Shown here: piece after piece, positions 27,101 through 39,528 of the stretch
Layout: each line of letters starts with the position of its first letter
Numbering within the stretch: position 1 is the first letter of the stretch
DNA from: Catajapyx aquilonaris
Lineage: Eukaryota
Assembly (NCBI GenBank): GCA_000934665.2
Contig: JYFJ02005370.1
Location: 1 to 64,000, forward strand
Direction: 5' to 3'
Length of the DNA: 64,000 nucleotides
Position numbers and translations under genes: made by a program
The notes under the pieces: model-generated
Databases searched by the model: none
What the model was told of the DNA's origin: nothing
The model's input: the letters and a program-made list of their open reading frames with translations, nothing else

Positions 27101-30100
27101 ACACGCTAAACTCCTTTTTTTCATTGCACCCCCCCCCCCCNAGGTACGAGTGACGCGATCACGCTTACTTCATGAGTTATACTTTTACGAATTTTTAACG
27201 CGTATTTATGCGTGAGGATATGCGTCACCGAAAGTGACACATTGGTATGAGTGATGTGATCACGCTTGGTATAAGCGTTGTTTTTTTGCATCGATTTCAC
27301 GCTTATTTATGCGTCAAAAGTTTTAGAGTGTACAATTGCATGACTGCTGGCCATTGAAATTCACTACAACGTACTACAACAGGTAGGCCGTATACTATGT
27401 CAAGCATCGATGTTGTTTTTCTCTCACACTTTACTTGTATATAACAATACATATTTTATTCTTGTTTCGCAGGGTTGTGGTCCATGCAAACCACCTGTAA
27501 TACAGCTAGCCTCAACCGAGGCTCACATAGAACTTATTACAAGCAATCCACTCACCCTACCAAACATCACAACTCCATCTACTGGGGATGTCACGAAGTG
27601 TATTAAAATGGCCGCAGATGAACCAGAATTTTTTAATCCCACCTGCTGACACATAACAATGGCATTTTCACACCTCGTCCAGCAGCCAATAATGTAGTGC
27701 CCTTCATGTCAGAAGGATAAAGCTGTGTAATAAGCCAATAGCTTCATTCACATGATATGTGCCAAACTGGGCCTACTGTTGTGTCAGCAAGAATTAAACC
27801 CGAGATTCTCATCGCGATCACTGCACACAGCGCACACGGGATGAATTAAAAACGAGTTTATTACACTACGGGGTCTCGTATTTGAGTGTGGGGGGGGGGG
27901 GNTAAAACCCGGGTAGCATATATTTTGCTCATTGTCGAAAAATATTGGCGGCTTTGCACTCATCCCTCCCAGCGTGGCCGATTACCACATTTACCTCGCA
28001 TTGTGTGCACAGTCCCCGTTTTAGTCAACACCAGCCTTCTGGCCCTCTACATTATACATTTCTATGCCTATCTCGTGATCCTGGGACACACTTTCATCCA
28101 ATTAACTCACGGATAATAAATCATCAGGACTAATCCTAACTTCGCCATAAGAAACACTTTGCAGACCACTTTAACTGGCGTTTAAAAAAAATGAAGGAGA
28201 AGGATTTATTTTGACCAAATGCAGCGACCCTGTCAGGAAAGTCACGGAAGCTGTAAAACGCGTTTTTTTCTCTCTCTCTACCCTTTGCGTTTTTATATCC
28301 CCACCCTTTCCGGTACTGTGCTCTGGATAATTACGTGGTTTGGCTTCGCAAACACACTCTAAAGTGTATGGCAGTGTGTCGAGTTCCGCTTGATCAGTGC
28401 AAAATAATGCACATTCTCTTAGCTGGAGTCATTACGTGTAAAGAAGCTTTATCTATCATCACGAAAACCTGGGAAGGGGGGAAAAAACGTTACATGAAAT
28501 ATTGAACGTCAACGGTCACCATTGTAAATGTGTCAAGCATGATCACGGACAAAATGCATTTCTCAATACCAACTTGTTCTGATGACAGGCCTTTACCATC
28601 CCTTCTTGCCGTTATCAAACTTAAAAAAGGAGGGACAATGAAAGGTCGTGACATTGTAGTACAATATTTTGTATGCAAATTGAAACGTCATGGCCTCCAC
28701 AAGAGTGCTCTGCAAAATATATTTATAAATAATAGATTAGTTTCGCCGACATTCACAAGTGTTGCTGTGCTAAACAGTAAGTGTGTCAAACAGGAGATGT
28801 CCGGGAGACCTCCCCGGGGAATTTTTTCGCCATTGCAAACGCCGTTGTTTATCGACTTTCCCGCACGGTTTTCCCCCAGTCTTTGCAATACGACGCCGTA
28901 ACTTTAAGCCTCGCATGTGGCATTAAAAATATAATTACTCTCACCAGATTTTAATTATTGTGGAATGATCAAATGACTCGTTAGGAATAACCTATAGGAC
29001 CTTGTTACGGTTTAACAGCCCTCATAAAATAATTATGCTGGTCCAAGGACTGTATAAAATTAATTCCATTATTTGCATTTCATAAACTTGATGCGTTGCC
29101 CCTAGTCAGCTAAAGCACCGTAACAAAATGCACTTCCACTGTTAATTATTATTGGCATCACCGTAGGCCTGTGTATGAAGGGGTGGTGTAGTGGTGAGAG
29201 CCATAGCCTTCCACTTCTAAAGCCCACAGTTCTATCCCCGGGTCGGACAGAAGATTTACTCATGCGGAAAGATCTTCGATGGGTTTTACCCATGTTTGCG
29301 TGGGTATTCTCGGGGTACTACTATTTCCTTCCCTTATATAATAATATAATTATAATAATTTGTACCCCGTGCTAGAGCCATGGGCCCTCTTAGGGGGATG
29401 GGATACCACCATAATTATGTTTTTATCAGGAACTCTTACTTTCGTTTTTACTTCTCTTATATGGGGATGGGATAGGGACGGAAGGAAGCGGCTGTGGCCT
29501 ATAATTACGGACACGACCCCGGAATTTTCCTGGTGAGACCATGGGAAACCACAGAAAACCACGGTCAGGGTCGGCGGCCACCGGAATTCGAACCCAGGAC
29601 CTCCCGATTAGCAGTCGGATACCATATCCCCTCCGCTACCACTGCTTCGGTATTTCCTTCCCTCAACAGAATCCACCATTGAGTATGAACTAATAAATTG
29701 ACGGATTAGAATAATCTACAGGCATATCAGAGGGTAACCATTCTTTATTTAGCATAGCCTCTATGTGGAGAGAATTTCATTATTGTGGAAAGATGTACTA
29801 TTTCGAATACTAGCTGGATCTTTACACCGCTAATTAAACAATTCGTTTAATAATTCTAGCTATTTTTCATGGGTTGAAATTGTGCTTAATATTAGCGGGG
29901 CTTTGCTTTTTTTAGCCCGCAGTTGGAGGGAGTGCGAGTGGTTTGGTCAAGCTCATGTGAGATGTGGGCTCACAGATGAAGGTTGGCCTACTCTTAAATT
30001 ATTTTGAGTTGTTTGTCGCTATTTTCTCCATTTGAAATATTAATAACATCCCCTTCTTCTGCGTTACAGTTTTCTCTCAGTATATTCAAAAAAGTATAAT

Positions 30101-33100
30101 TCTTATAATCTTTTTCTGTGACCTAATTTAATATTTTACTCATATTTCCGAAAAAACTTCCAGAACTTATAGATTGCGTCAGGATTTGGTGCTAGTTCTA
30201 GTATGAAGAGAGTGAAAATATCACTCTAACGGATTTAGACAGTAACACCAATCATTCGAGTTCGTATGTTACGTAACCTATATAGTTTAATCTTCAGTTT
30301 GAGGTAAACAAGAAACAACCCTTCATTCCTGTAAAGCCCCGAGTTGAATCCAGCTGGGTGTTCTATTCTCTCCATATAGTTGGACCGAATTAGACACTCT
30401 TGCGCTCTTGGATCTTAACCTGAAGTCAAATATTGTCGTAATATTTGGGTCGCCGTTGAAAAGACGAGGAAATGAAGCTTTGAAGCTCCATTGTGATATA
30501 TCTTGTCTCCTGGTTGTACAGGCCCTCCCGCTACCCCTTGTCTGCCACTATGCATTCCCAAACTGGAGTGGTATTAACAGTTAAGGAGGACCCCCTCTGA
30601 GATGCCTGAGACGGAACCTTGTTAGGAATGTGGAAATCCTCGTTAATGAGAGTCGTCAGAATCCCTCCCTAGCTCCCAGGATTTGCAAGACTACTGTGAC
30701 ATAAATAGGACTCGGACGAGGGGCTGTGAATCGATCATGTTATTTCCCTACCTCCGACCGACATTTGCATATTCATGGGTGTATTTGGGACTAAGGACTC
30801 TTTTATTTTCGAATAATTATGTCCGCCGACTTGACGAGGAAATTTGGCGCCATTGTCGCTTCAAGCCAGGGGGGTGGGGGAGGCCACAAAGCTAGATGGA
30901 GAGAGAGAAAAAAACGGTTCCTGTAGAGCAGTCGAGCTGGAACATGACTGTCGTCACTTCCGTCGTCAACGGAAGTCATCTGGCCAACGCCAGCTGAGCA
31001 CTGGATGAAATTGAATCTCCGGTCACCATCTTCTAGCTTAACCCATTGGAAAAGCCGCCTTCACTTCGACAATGATTGCTGCCAATTTGACTCCGGCTTT
31101 ATCCTCCAATCTGGGTCGAATATTGAACAGATTGATGGATTGATATACAAGGTGTGACAATATGTATGAGCACGCCCAGTATCATATTCGAGCAGACCAG
31201 TAAAAGAAATCAAAGATGGTCTAATTGGAAGCGGACTGGGATTTTTTTGGCTCCATTTTGGGTCCTCTTTGTCCCCAAGTTATGTCAACTGTATAGGTAT
31301 ACCCTCCTGTGCTAGCACATTCGGGCTGTGTATGTGCTTTAGCGGCCGGATTTGGTCAAACAGTATTATACTACTCGGTATATACAAAGTACATTTCATT
31401 ATGCGGTATGAATTTTGCCGTCCCAACTCTTGTCCGCTGTCACCCTCAAGGGGATTAAACATTCAACCAGCCAAAAAAAAAAAGCTGGAATCCCCAATTG
31501 CCTTGGTTTCAATTTGAGAGCATTTCATTTTTCAATATGAAAGCAAAGAGAAACTCGTTTGCAGGCTTACATCGTACAGTATCTTCGCTTTTTTTTAGTT
31601 GTAGCTGGAGACTAGCACTTTACGTAGCCGTACCAAGCCAAATTAACCAGAAAGGTAGCTTGATTATGGCGCAAAAGCCCAAAACAAGCGCTTCATTGCT
31701 ATTTGTCTAATATACCTGCCATACTATGGTAGGATTTCTTTGCAAAAAAAAACTGCGAGCAAAAAAAATACATGCCCTTCGGCAAGTGTGTGCCGGTACC
31801 GCTACATCGCTTTAAAACATTTTCTAAAGCGAGCTAAAAGGGCGCAACTTTTTTTGTCGTTAGCATGGGTTTGCCTAGATACTCGTATTTGAAGGCGCAT
31901 TATTCGCGCACAATCTCCGCATGCAATGCGTAATTATTGCCTCAAAGTCAAACGATTTATGCCGCCTCAAAAGTCCTCAACTTCCGACCAGCTAATTACA
32001 TGAAAAATAATGCACCGTGAAATCGTATGCGTACATACATCTATGGCACGGAGAGCGGGGGAGACAGAGATAGGATACAATTTTCAGGGTAATGCTGTGG
32101 TGCTTTGACAGGCTCATTGTCGGTGTAATCAACCGTAAGGAAAACCAAGAGACGCATGGTCGCCTGCAGAAGTGGGAGATTTAAAAAAACAAAACAAAAA
32201 ACGAGAAAGATGAAGACCTGAAATGCAAAACGATCGGTCATATTTTGGCAGGCTTTTGATGCGAACTTTGTGATGGTCAAATTAGCTTTTTACGAAAGAT
32301 AATTACAATACAGCGGTATGTTTGAAAAATGGAGATTCATACCTTTATGCAATTTTCAAACCAAATTGTTAATCGTTCTGCATTAGTTCTTCCAAAGTCT
32401 ATTTGAAACGGGAGCACCAAATTACTGAAAAGATTCGGTCTTAATAAAAAAACTGGGATATAATGCATGCCCTGCTTCCCCGCTAGTCTCTCATGTAGTG
32501 TAAGTTTTATAGAACTTAGAATATGCACGTCGTGTTATTGTGGACTAATCTACCCCACATGACTGGCAGGTGTGACACAAACTGTGTATGTGGCTATTTT
32601 GCCATTCAGCATTTGCGACCTGACAAAGCTACGGGTCAAGTATGACGTAACTACGTGGTTTGTAGTATGGTGTACTTCAGAAGTCCTTACAGTGAACTAA
32701 CGCCACAAAACTGACGTGAAGTGACATATTACTGTACTATGTATACTTGCACTTGCAAGCTGAAAGTGGAATACAAGCAAGACTGTGCCGGTCCTTACAG
32801 TGTCTAGCTGCATACTAAATGGATAGTACATCAAACAGTACGTGGCTTGACCACTGTTAGCACTACAACTCCAAAACACATGCATTTCAACGGTACATTT
32901 AACTACCAAGCATCAACACAATGCTCTGAGAGTCCGCAGCACAACGTTACAAAAAAAAATCGCAACTGCAATTCTTGTTGATGTGCGTGACCTGCATACG
33001 TGGCACATCGAAGAGGGGTCCCGAGAAGATAAAAAACCGTTCCCCAATAATTCAAGTTTCGTCGATAAATTATTAATCCGGGCCAAGCCTCCCGAAGTTC

Positions 33101-34415
33101 GATACATGTTACGCGGTCTGTTTCTTTTTTAACTTAGAAGCTAAATACAAATGGGACCCACGGGACAACCAGACCTTGCAAAATGTTTGCTCTACGAAAA
33201 ACTCGACCGGGACCAAGAGTTTTACATAAAGCACCGAACAAAAAAAAAAAAAAATGGAGAGAGCCTTTTGGGAGGTGTGCGGGACACATTCATTCTCATT
33301 TCACACATGACAACCCGGGCGTTTTCTCTCCAGTAGAGTCCACAATCACAATTCCACCTACTGCGGCCTTTTTTTTCCGTATCTCTCTGCGGAAAATACC
33401 CGGATAACTCTCCTTGTAAACACTCTTCCACATAAGACGCGGCCGCCTCCTTAACTAGAATGAGCAGTAAAGCTATCCTGTAGTCTGAGAGATTTTGGTG
33501 GTAAGGGGGATGGGGGAAGGAAAGGCAGACGGAGTCTAAGCCAAGAAACTTGGATAAAGGATGGCTTGGATTACGCTTGTCTACTGGCTTGGCCTGCTGG
33601 TGTTTATAAAAGCATTAATGCTCCGGTGTTATTCCGCTGTAGTAGGTGCGCGAGATGGCTTCCCCGGCTCATATAGTACTCGGATGCAATAACGGGGCCG
33701 GCTGTCATCATTTTCTTCTTCCATATGCGAGCCTCACTTTATTGCAGGTACCCTACTGTATATATATGAAAACGAGGGAAAAAACGAGGGTGTAAAAAAT
33801 AATTAGAGCGTCAATGATAAAGCAACTGCAATTATGGACATGTTTTCAAGATAAATAGTATGTATCTGTGTTCATACGATTACTAAACAATGGGAGGTGT
33901 GCTTTTTTTTCTGGCCAGCGGTTCTAAATTGCATTGGCCGTATTTTTTGCGCTACAATCAAAACAAAGCTTGTAGCAGCACAATTCGCTGGACAATAGGA
34001 ATGAACGTGTTCAAATAACAAAAAAAAAATCAGTTCAGATGAAAACCCGGCGCTGACAACTGGTACAAATGGACCCAGGTTTCGCGTACAATTTCCATAA
34101 ACAACGCGGTCACCGAGATATTGTCACACACGGAAGTCTCGCACCATTCTGCCGGGCAAATTACATTCAAAATTGTTGTTCCTCAACTCACTTTCCGCAG
34201 TATTCATAAGATGCAAATTTCAAACCCCCACGCTGTAATTACTCAATTGTTGGCAATTCCATAACGTAACCAGAGTCCGAGCCACACCACGTGTAAAGTG
34301 TATGTGAAAAAACGTGCTTACCCATAAAGGCCGACAGCACGACCAGTCCGATCACAAGGACGCCGGACATCCGTCTCGATGCACATACACACATCCTCAT
34401 GTCCGAATGGAACAT
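9025..34415 (-). CDS. Multi-exon gene for a Beat-like two-Ig-domain cell-surface/adhesion protein. Exons 34322-34415, 20266-20625, 9743-9872, 9025-9197; 3' terminal exon not resolved
   Basis: All splice sites are canonical and the phases chain 1/1/2/1. Joined protein: MFHSDMRMCVCASRRMSGVLVIGLVVLSAFMGASGVKIKRVTIP...LDCEY...LQW...YQWIPP...LSGEYQCHVATF...MIVFAPEKRLLLTQRKPTHDTVNITCRADGAYPAPQVELY...GAYDV...FECVLFIPDTDHFIRKSMIYYP. It has two Cys pairs and N-glycosylation sequons NGT, NET, NLT and NIT. Similarity to arthropod Beat/CG5597-like IgSF proteins is from memory, so orthology is not established. Confidence 0.9.
9743..9872 (-). CDS. Coding exon 3: N-terminal half of the second (C-type) Ig domain
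   Basis: TGTTTCAG|CT CCG GAG...CTT CG|GTAAGT; 130 nt, phase 1 to 2. Encodes PEKRLLLTQRKPTHDTVNITCRADGAYPAPQVELYHSPDNDL, with a VNITC..DGAYPAP Ig motif. Too short to appear in the ORF track. Confidence 0.92.
15477..15934. mobile_element. Tc1/mariner-type non-autonomous element with long TIRs of about 138 bp
   Basis: Starts TA|CAAGGTGATTC and ends GAATCACTCTG, i.e. decayed CAGGGTG termini. Arms at about 15477-15615 and 15797-15934 are reverse complements around a spacer of about 180 bp. Confidence 0.85.
17568..17803. repeat. 21-bp perfect inverted repeat with a third partial copy, probably a decayed DNA transposon
   Basis: ACTCCACCAGTAGAAGTATTG at 17568-17588, its reverse complement at 17783-17803, and TCCACCAGTAGAAG again at 17651-17664. 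No TSD found. Confidence 0.6.
17872..18117 (+). mobile_element. Non-autonomous Helitron
   Basis: A|TC 5' end followed by a (GTCT)n tract. Subterminal hairpin CCCGG-GCAACG-CCGGG at 18090-18105, 3' end CTAG|T, inserted in an AT dinucleotide with no TSD. Confidence 0.85.
20266..20625 (-). CDS. Coding exon 2: N-terminal V-type Ig domain
   Basis: Acceptor TTTCACTCTTTTCAG|GT and donor G|GTGAGT enclose a 360-nt symmetric phase 1-1 exon. Ig V-set motifs present: LDCEY, conserved W, LSGEYQC. Confidence 0.95.
20960..20995. repeat. Perfect 17-bp hairpin with a 2-nt loop, built from GTACGAGT units
   Basis: CGTACGAGTGTACGAGT-GT-ACTCGTACACTCGTACG, with further GTACGAGT-like units from 20946. Confidence 0.9.
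27102..27330. mobile_element. Small TIR element (CACTCTAAAA-type ends) containing a direct duplication with 101-bp period
   Basis: Ends CACGCTAAAC / TTTTAGAGTG|TA. Internal repeats at 27143-27213 and 27244-27314 (GGTAYGAGTGAYGYGATCACGCTT...ACGC.TATTTATGCGT). Confidence 0.55.
27637..27793. mobile_element. Decayed TTAA-flanked MITE (piggyBac-like)
   Basis: TTAA at 27633-27636 and 27794-27797. Subterminal inverted match TGCTGACACA(T)AACA / TGTTGTGTCAGCA. Confidence 0.4.
29178..29335 (+). mobile_element. tRNA-derived SINE with a V-domain-like core
   Basis: A box TGGTGTAGTGG at 29184, degenerate B box GTTCTATCCC, core TTTGCGTGGGTATTCTCGGGGTACTACTATTTCCTTCC. Homologous to 55966-56165. Confidence 0.7.
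29362..29650 (-). mobile_element. tRNA-derived SINE, second family, tail-to-tail with the previous element
   Basis: Minus strand: A-box-like TGGTAGCGGAGG, B box GGTTCGAATTCC, body GGTTTTCTGTGGTTTCCC...GGCCACAGCCGCTTCCTTCC, tail ...CCCCTAAGAGGGCCCATGGCTCTAGCACGGGGTAC followed by an AT-rich run. Confidence 0.8.
34322..34415 (-). CDS. Coding exon 1: signal peptide
   Basis: Minus strand reads ATG TTC CAT...AGA CGG ATG TCC GGC GTC CTT GTG ATC GGA CTG GTC GTG CTG TCG GCC TTT ATG G|GTAAGC. The phase-1 donor matches the exon 2 acceptor, giving RR + hydrophobic core + ASG cleavage site. In-frame ATGs lie at 34415, 34400, 34394 and 34370, with an in-frame TGA upstream at 34440-34442. Confidence 0.8.
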
Positions 34416-34720
34416 AGTGGGTCCATCACCCCAACCCTCTCAACTAGTCTCTCTCCCTATCCCTCAACGTTCCCTCAACTTCCTGCAGTAGTTGTCGACA
34501 ATGCTCGTCCCAGGGCAGATGAGCGCCGACTGAATCACCGAGCGACTCGTCTCGTCGTGTATGAGGCAAAGCGCGCTTCTAGTCTGGGGTCCTGACGACG
34601 GAGGCGACATCAGGCGTCGACGCACTCAACCACTTCCTCCTCCCACGGTCCTTCCGAGCATCGAACTGCTGCCACATCGCGCGCACACTTTGCCTTCACA
34701 CGACTTCTTCAAAAGGTGCT
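34416..34720 (-). promoter_or_regulatory. Putative 5' UTR/core promoter of the Ig gene
   Basis: Locally CpG-rich block directly upstream of exon 1. An arthropod Inr-like TCAGTC lies on the minus strand at 34528-34533. An upstream non-coding exon cannot be excluded. Confidence 0.3.
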
Positions 34721-35233
34721 GGGATTCGTTTCACACATAGCTTCGCTCACTCTAAAGGGAGGAGGGGTGTACTATTGCTGATTTATTAGCTATTATTGCA
34801 GAGAAAGGGGTGATGGAGTGTAGGGTGGAAATTGGGAATGGGTGCGGATAGAGTGGGGGCAAATTTGATGAAGTACAATTGTGGGGATTGCATTAGTCTC
34901 CTTCTAAATGCCACTTTATGCAGAAGCCTGTATACGGGTCGCTTGGGATGAGAGTAATGTTGGATTATTTTTCCTGTATGGGAAGGACGTGTATTAATAA
35001 TTTCTGAGGGTGACAGGCTCCTACTGAATAATGTATTATTGAAGTGTTATAAAACATTCGATCTATTCCATTATTTATTTGTGACTACGGCTAGCGAGTT
35101 AGGATCATTTCCAGGATCTATGTCGCCTCCATTCGTGATAATAAAATTTTCAGTGAGGGCGTTTCAATAATATTAGATGAAATATTGAAACTCAGTTATT
35201 GCCTATACTTATACGCCGAAGTTTCATGTATGC

Positions 35234-35579
35234 TGCACCAGTGTCCCCCGATCATTATCTATATCCTGTCCCCTGCACCGGATGGTGGTATTCCACTCCC
35301 CTAAGAGGGCCTAGGGCAGTGGTTTCCAACCGGGGGGTCGCGGCCAGGGTCTTGGGGGGTCGCGATCCTTTGTTCAACTATTTTTTTTTGTAAAATCTGT
35401 GTAAATTGAACCATTTTTGCGGCCGTAATTAGTATGTTTTCTGAAAATTGGGCAGTTGTAGAAGGGGCCGGGGGAGGGGGGGGGTCGTACATTTATGGAA
35501 ACATGTTGTTTAGGGGGTCGCAGTTGGTAAAAGATTGGAAACCACTGGCCTAGGGACCTAGCACGGGGTATCAAAAAAA
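35234..35579 (+). mobile_element. 5'-truncated retroposon tail of about 107 bp with poly(A) and a 15-bp TSD, interrupted by a hAT MITE
   Basis: Direct repeat AAGTTTCATGTATGC at 35219-35233 and 35580-35594, with an A-run before the second copy. The last ~50 bp match the tail of the SINE at 29362-29412. Confidence 0.8.
35317..35547. mobile_element. hAT (Buster/Charlie-type) MITE
   Basis: Perfect 13-bp TIR CAGTGGTTTCCAA. 8-bp TSD GCCTAGGG (35309-35316, 35548-35555) with central TA. Subterminal GGGGTCGC repeats. Confidence 0.95.
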
Positions 35580-38500
35580 AAGTTTCATGTATGCGTGTCT
35601 TGTGAAATCGTGAAGGAGTGCTACATCACTACATGTTACTTGTGGCTTCTTTGTCACTGGATACTCCTGACAGAGGGACAGGCCATGATGTGTACCTAGT
35701 ATATCTGTACAGTATATGGATCTCCAAGTGATAAATGTGGATTTTAAAATGAACTTTTTCAAATATAAAATTGCTGCAGAAGGCGTTAGGAGCATTTTAA
35801 TAATTTTATTTCATTTTACACGAAAACGATAGAAGATTGGCTATTTCATGGTTGAAAATTGTCCACCAGAATTAATGAAGTTAATGTGTGTGAATTATTG
35901 GTTTCCCATTGCATTGCCCCCATTTTAAGGTTGCCGCGTTGTTCAGACAGGGCGATCATTTCATTAAATATTACGCTTACTGAACAATAATGAACTTTTA
36001 AAATTGAACATTATATGATATTCCCAGGAAAACTTAAATATAGAACGTATACAGTTCTCTTAACAATTTCTGTGGTCATATGAAGTATATTGGACAAAAG
36101 TCAAAATAATTATTTTCAAATCCCTATTTCTCAGTTAGACATCTAATTAGACAAAACTGAGTTTCACTTTTTCATCTATCATTAGGATCATTCATTAAAA
36201 ATTATCGTCATTGGAACCGACAACCATCCTAGCAGGGATCCTTCGCAAATAATTAATAACAATTAATTGCAGCAGGCGAAATTGAAAGCGGTCATCATAT
36301 TACGTACTGTTTCGGAGCACTCTCTCAGCCCAAGTCATAAACTCTCTGTCGTACAAAATCTAGCTCCGAATATCCAACAATTCAACACCTCTTTATGCAG
36401 TCTTTCATGATCGGATCGGGTTTATATCCGTGAGAATATTCGGAACAAATTTACGTCAGATTTTAAAAATAGGACAGTTGGAATATTAGTGTACGGAAAA
36501 TATGACGACCATTTTATTTACGTCCAGTAGTTTACTTAGAACCATGTAGAAATTTCGATATGGCGATGTTAGTTAAATTACTTATACTTTATCTTTATAC
36601 TTGCTAGTATGTTGGTAATGTGGCAAAGACGAAACCTTTAAACTAATTATAGAACAAAAGCCAGTTTTAATATTTATTGAATTACTGCAACGTGTCAAAT
36701 GGTAAATCTTTCACGTGAAATAAAGACAAGTCATTGTTTTCATGCTTCTGATACCAGCAGTCACTATTCACTAACAGATATTAGTAGTTCGACCAAGGCT
36801 ATTATTATCAGAATAGTTAATGAATATGATAGTTCTGCATTAACCACAACAGAGGAAACTATGGTAAAGAGAAAAGTCTATATTATATAGTATTCATGTT
36901 AGCTTATTTTACTTTGTGAAAACAGAAAGCGGGAATGCTCTACTGTGACTTGCACAAAAATACAGTAGTAGCTTACCTATCCTTCAAAATTAAATATTTG
37001 CAGTGGCCATTAATTGAGCTATTCAGTACCAAAATAATATTAAACACAAAATAAACGCAACGCTTCTTTGATACAAAGAAAGCATTGGTCTACCGATCGA
37101 TCATAATAAGTCTACAAACGGTTAGGCCTTCGCCATTATACACTATCAGAATAGCCTGAGTCAATATTTGGTCACATTTGTAACGGGAATTACATTCATA
37201 GGAATCAAAAGCACTCAAAATGATGGGCGATAAAACATCTAACCGAAGAACTGTGTATATTGTATATTTCTGCATATTTACCTTTCGGTTTCAGCATGTG
37301 TATACCAGCTATAAACCAACCCATGCAGTATTAGTATATATCCGTACGGCTACATACAGGGTATGTACAGCACATGCTAGGCCACATAGCGTACAGTTCA
37401 GTCAACATTTATTCTCTCTTTTAGAGCCGACTACAGTCAAACATTATTCACAACTGGCTGTCCGGAGTCGTTTCTATTGCAAACCTGCCATAGAGTTGAA
37501 ATGGAATATTTTGACAGGGTCGACAGTTGGAAAAGTCCTTACGGAGTTGCGGGAACAACTTGGTCACGTATAAGCGAATGCATAGAGTTGGTGACAGTTT
37601 AGGCGATCACCTCCTCTGGAAACCATACAAAAGACTCCCTGTTCCTTGAAAAGTTTTTGCACGCGCCATTGTCATTTGTCGAACACAAACTAGATCTACA
37701 GTATTCTTCGATTTCCTTTTAAGAAGGGAAGTTCTACTTTCCAGAGAAGATAAATCGACTTGTAGTCATGGTATCAAGTAATCATCGGTTCAGCTATCTA
37801 TTTTACTCAAGCCCACCAGGAAAGGCTTGCTCTTTTATGGAGGTGAATCTTTCAGTTCACATTATTTGCAATGTACTACAGTATAAACTTCTGCATATAT
37901 GTTAGTGGTTTCATTAGTTCATTAATTTCTACGCTAGTTTGCTGCATTATTACGTCTTCATTTTAATCATGACACTGAAAACATAACTGACAACGGTTAT
38001 AGACAAAAACCGAAGTCAGTTCTATAGGGGACTCAATCACAAAGTCCACTCCTAAATTTTTGTCAAGATTGGCAACCACAGCTCGACGCTATAAATCACG
38101 TCTCCCAAATCCCAGGCCACCTTTCATTTTCACTCCTGTAAATGCAATTTCTTTCCATTACCTCAGGTCGATCGTCTGTTGCCACAAGGCGCAGGTACAC
38201 AAATCTACTGTCATGATACTCTGCAATTACTTCTTGTATCCGTCCTTCTTGATCCCCTCTCTACATTGTAGGCAACTCCACAAGCACTTTGCTTAACAAA
38301 CGACTTAAGGAGCCTTTTTAATCAGGGGTCAACATGGGTCGAAATAGAATAAAAGCATCTGTTGTGCTGAGGGCAGGAGGAGGGGTGTAGGGCGGGTGAA
38401 AGAGAGACCTACGTTACACCAGGCCGCCAGTTCCCGGCGCTCTTAACTTCTCTTGAACAAGATAAATGGGAGGTCTGTGAAAGTTGGAACTGAACCCAAG

Positions 38501-39528
38501 AAACGTGCGTTGACTTGCCCCCACCACCCATCCCCGCACACACCGCCTCCCCCGCAGCCCCACCCCATCGGGGAATCGCATCATGCCCCTTAGCCTCGGA
38601 CCACTTGGCATGCGTCCACGGTAGGACGTGTCCCAGCTATCCTCAAATGCGATCTTCCAAATGACACCATCGAAATACCTAAACGAGGGGAAAAGGTCAC
38701 GTGAGATCAAAATAAATCCAAATGGAGTCACGAACCATAAAAGGGAGGTGGACGCCATGTTTCGAGCATGCTGCCACCTATTGGACACCTGGGGAATGCT
38801 GGGTGAGCCGTTGGTGGCCGTTGGCTACCATCCTCTTACTTGTCATCTTTGATGGAGAGGCCAGCATGTCGTCGAGGGTGGAGAGAAAAGAATTGCTCAG
38901 TCTTGCTTGAAATGAGCAATATTATCAAGTTTTGTAGTCTAGCACGCTATACACGAACATGTTCAAATCTACAATATAATTTGGCTCATTACCCATTCTG
39001 ACGCACACACGCTGGAAGCCCACAGAAAGTATATTGACGCTTTCCGTAACGATAGTCGGCAATTTTAACAATCAGCCGAGTTGGTCAAACTCGCTGCGTC
39101 CATCTGTATATAAATGAGAATCTCCTCTCTGGCTTTTTTTTTTCTTTTTTGGGGGGGGTGGGGGGTGGGGGGTAGGTATTCGCTCGAAAGCGTATCCCTG
39201 CCCTGATCACGTCGAATGATAGGTTTACTTGCTCATTTGTTTGCACGCGGAGGCAAATGATTGGTAATTGTTTTGGGCGACACCAACAGTGTGGAAGTTT
39301 TACCCAGAACAGGCAGAGGTGACACAATGGACAGGGCTTTTATTGGAAGCAATCGTAATGGGAAGGAATTAAAAGAGGCAGCTGTCCGAGATTATTGTCA
39401 CTCATTCGGGACAGACGTCCATCTCGCCAGTAAACTGTTATCACAACATGCTACCCATCAGCAATTTTTAATCATTTCCTGACTTACAGGCGGCGTTTGA
39501 CTGGCGGACAACAGTTGACTCGTTAATG

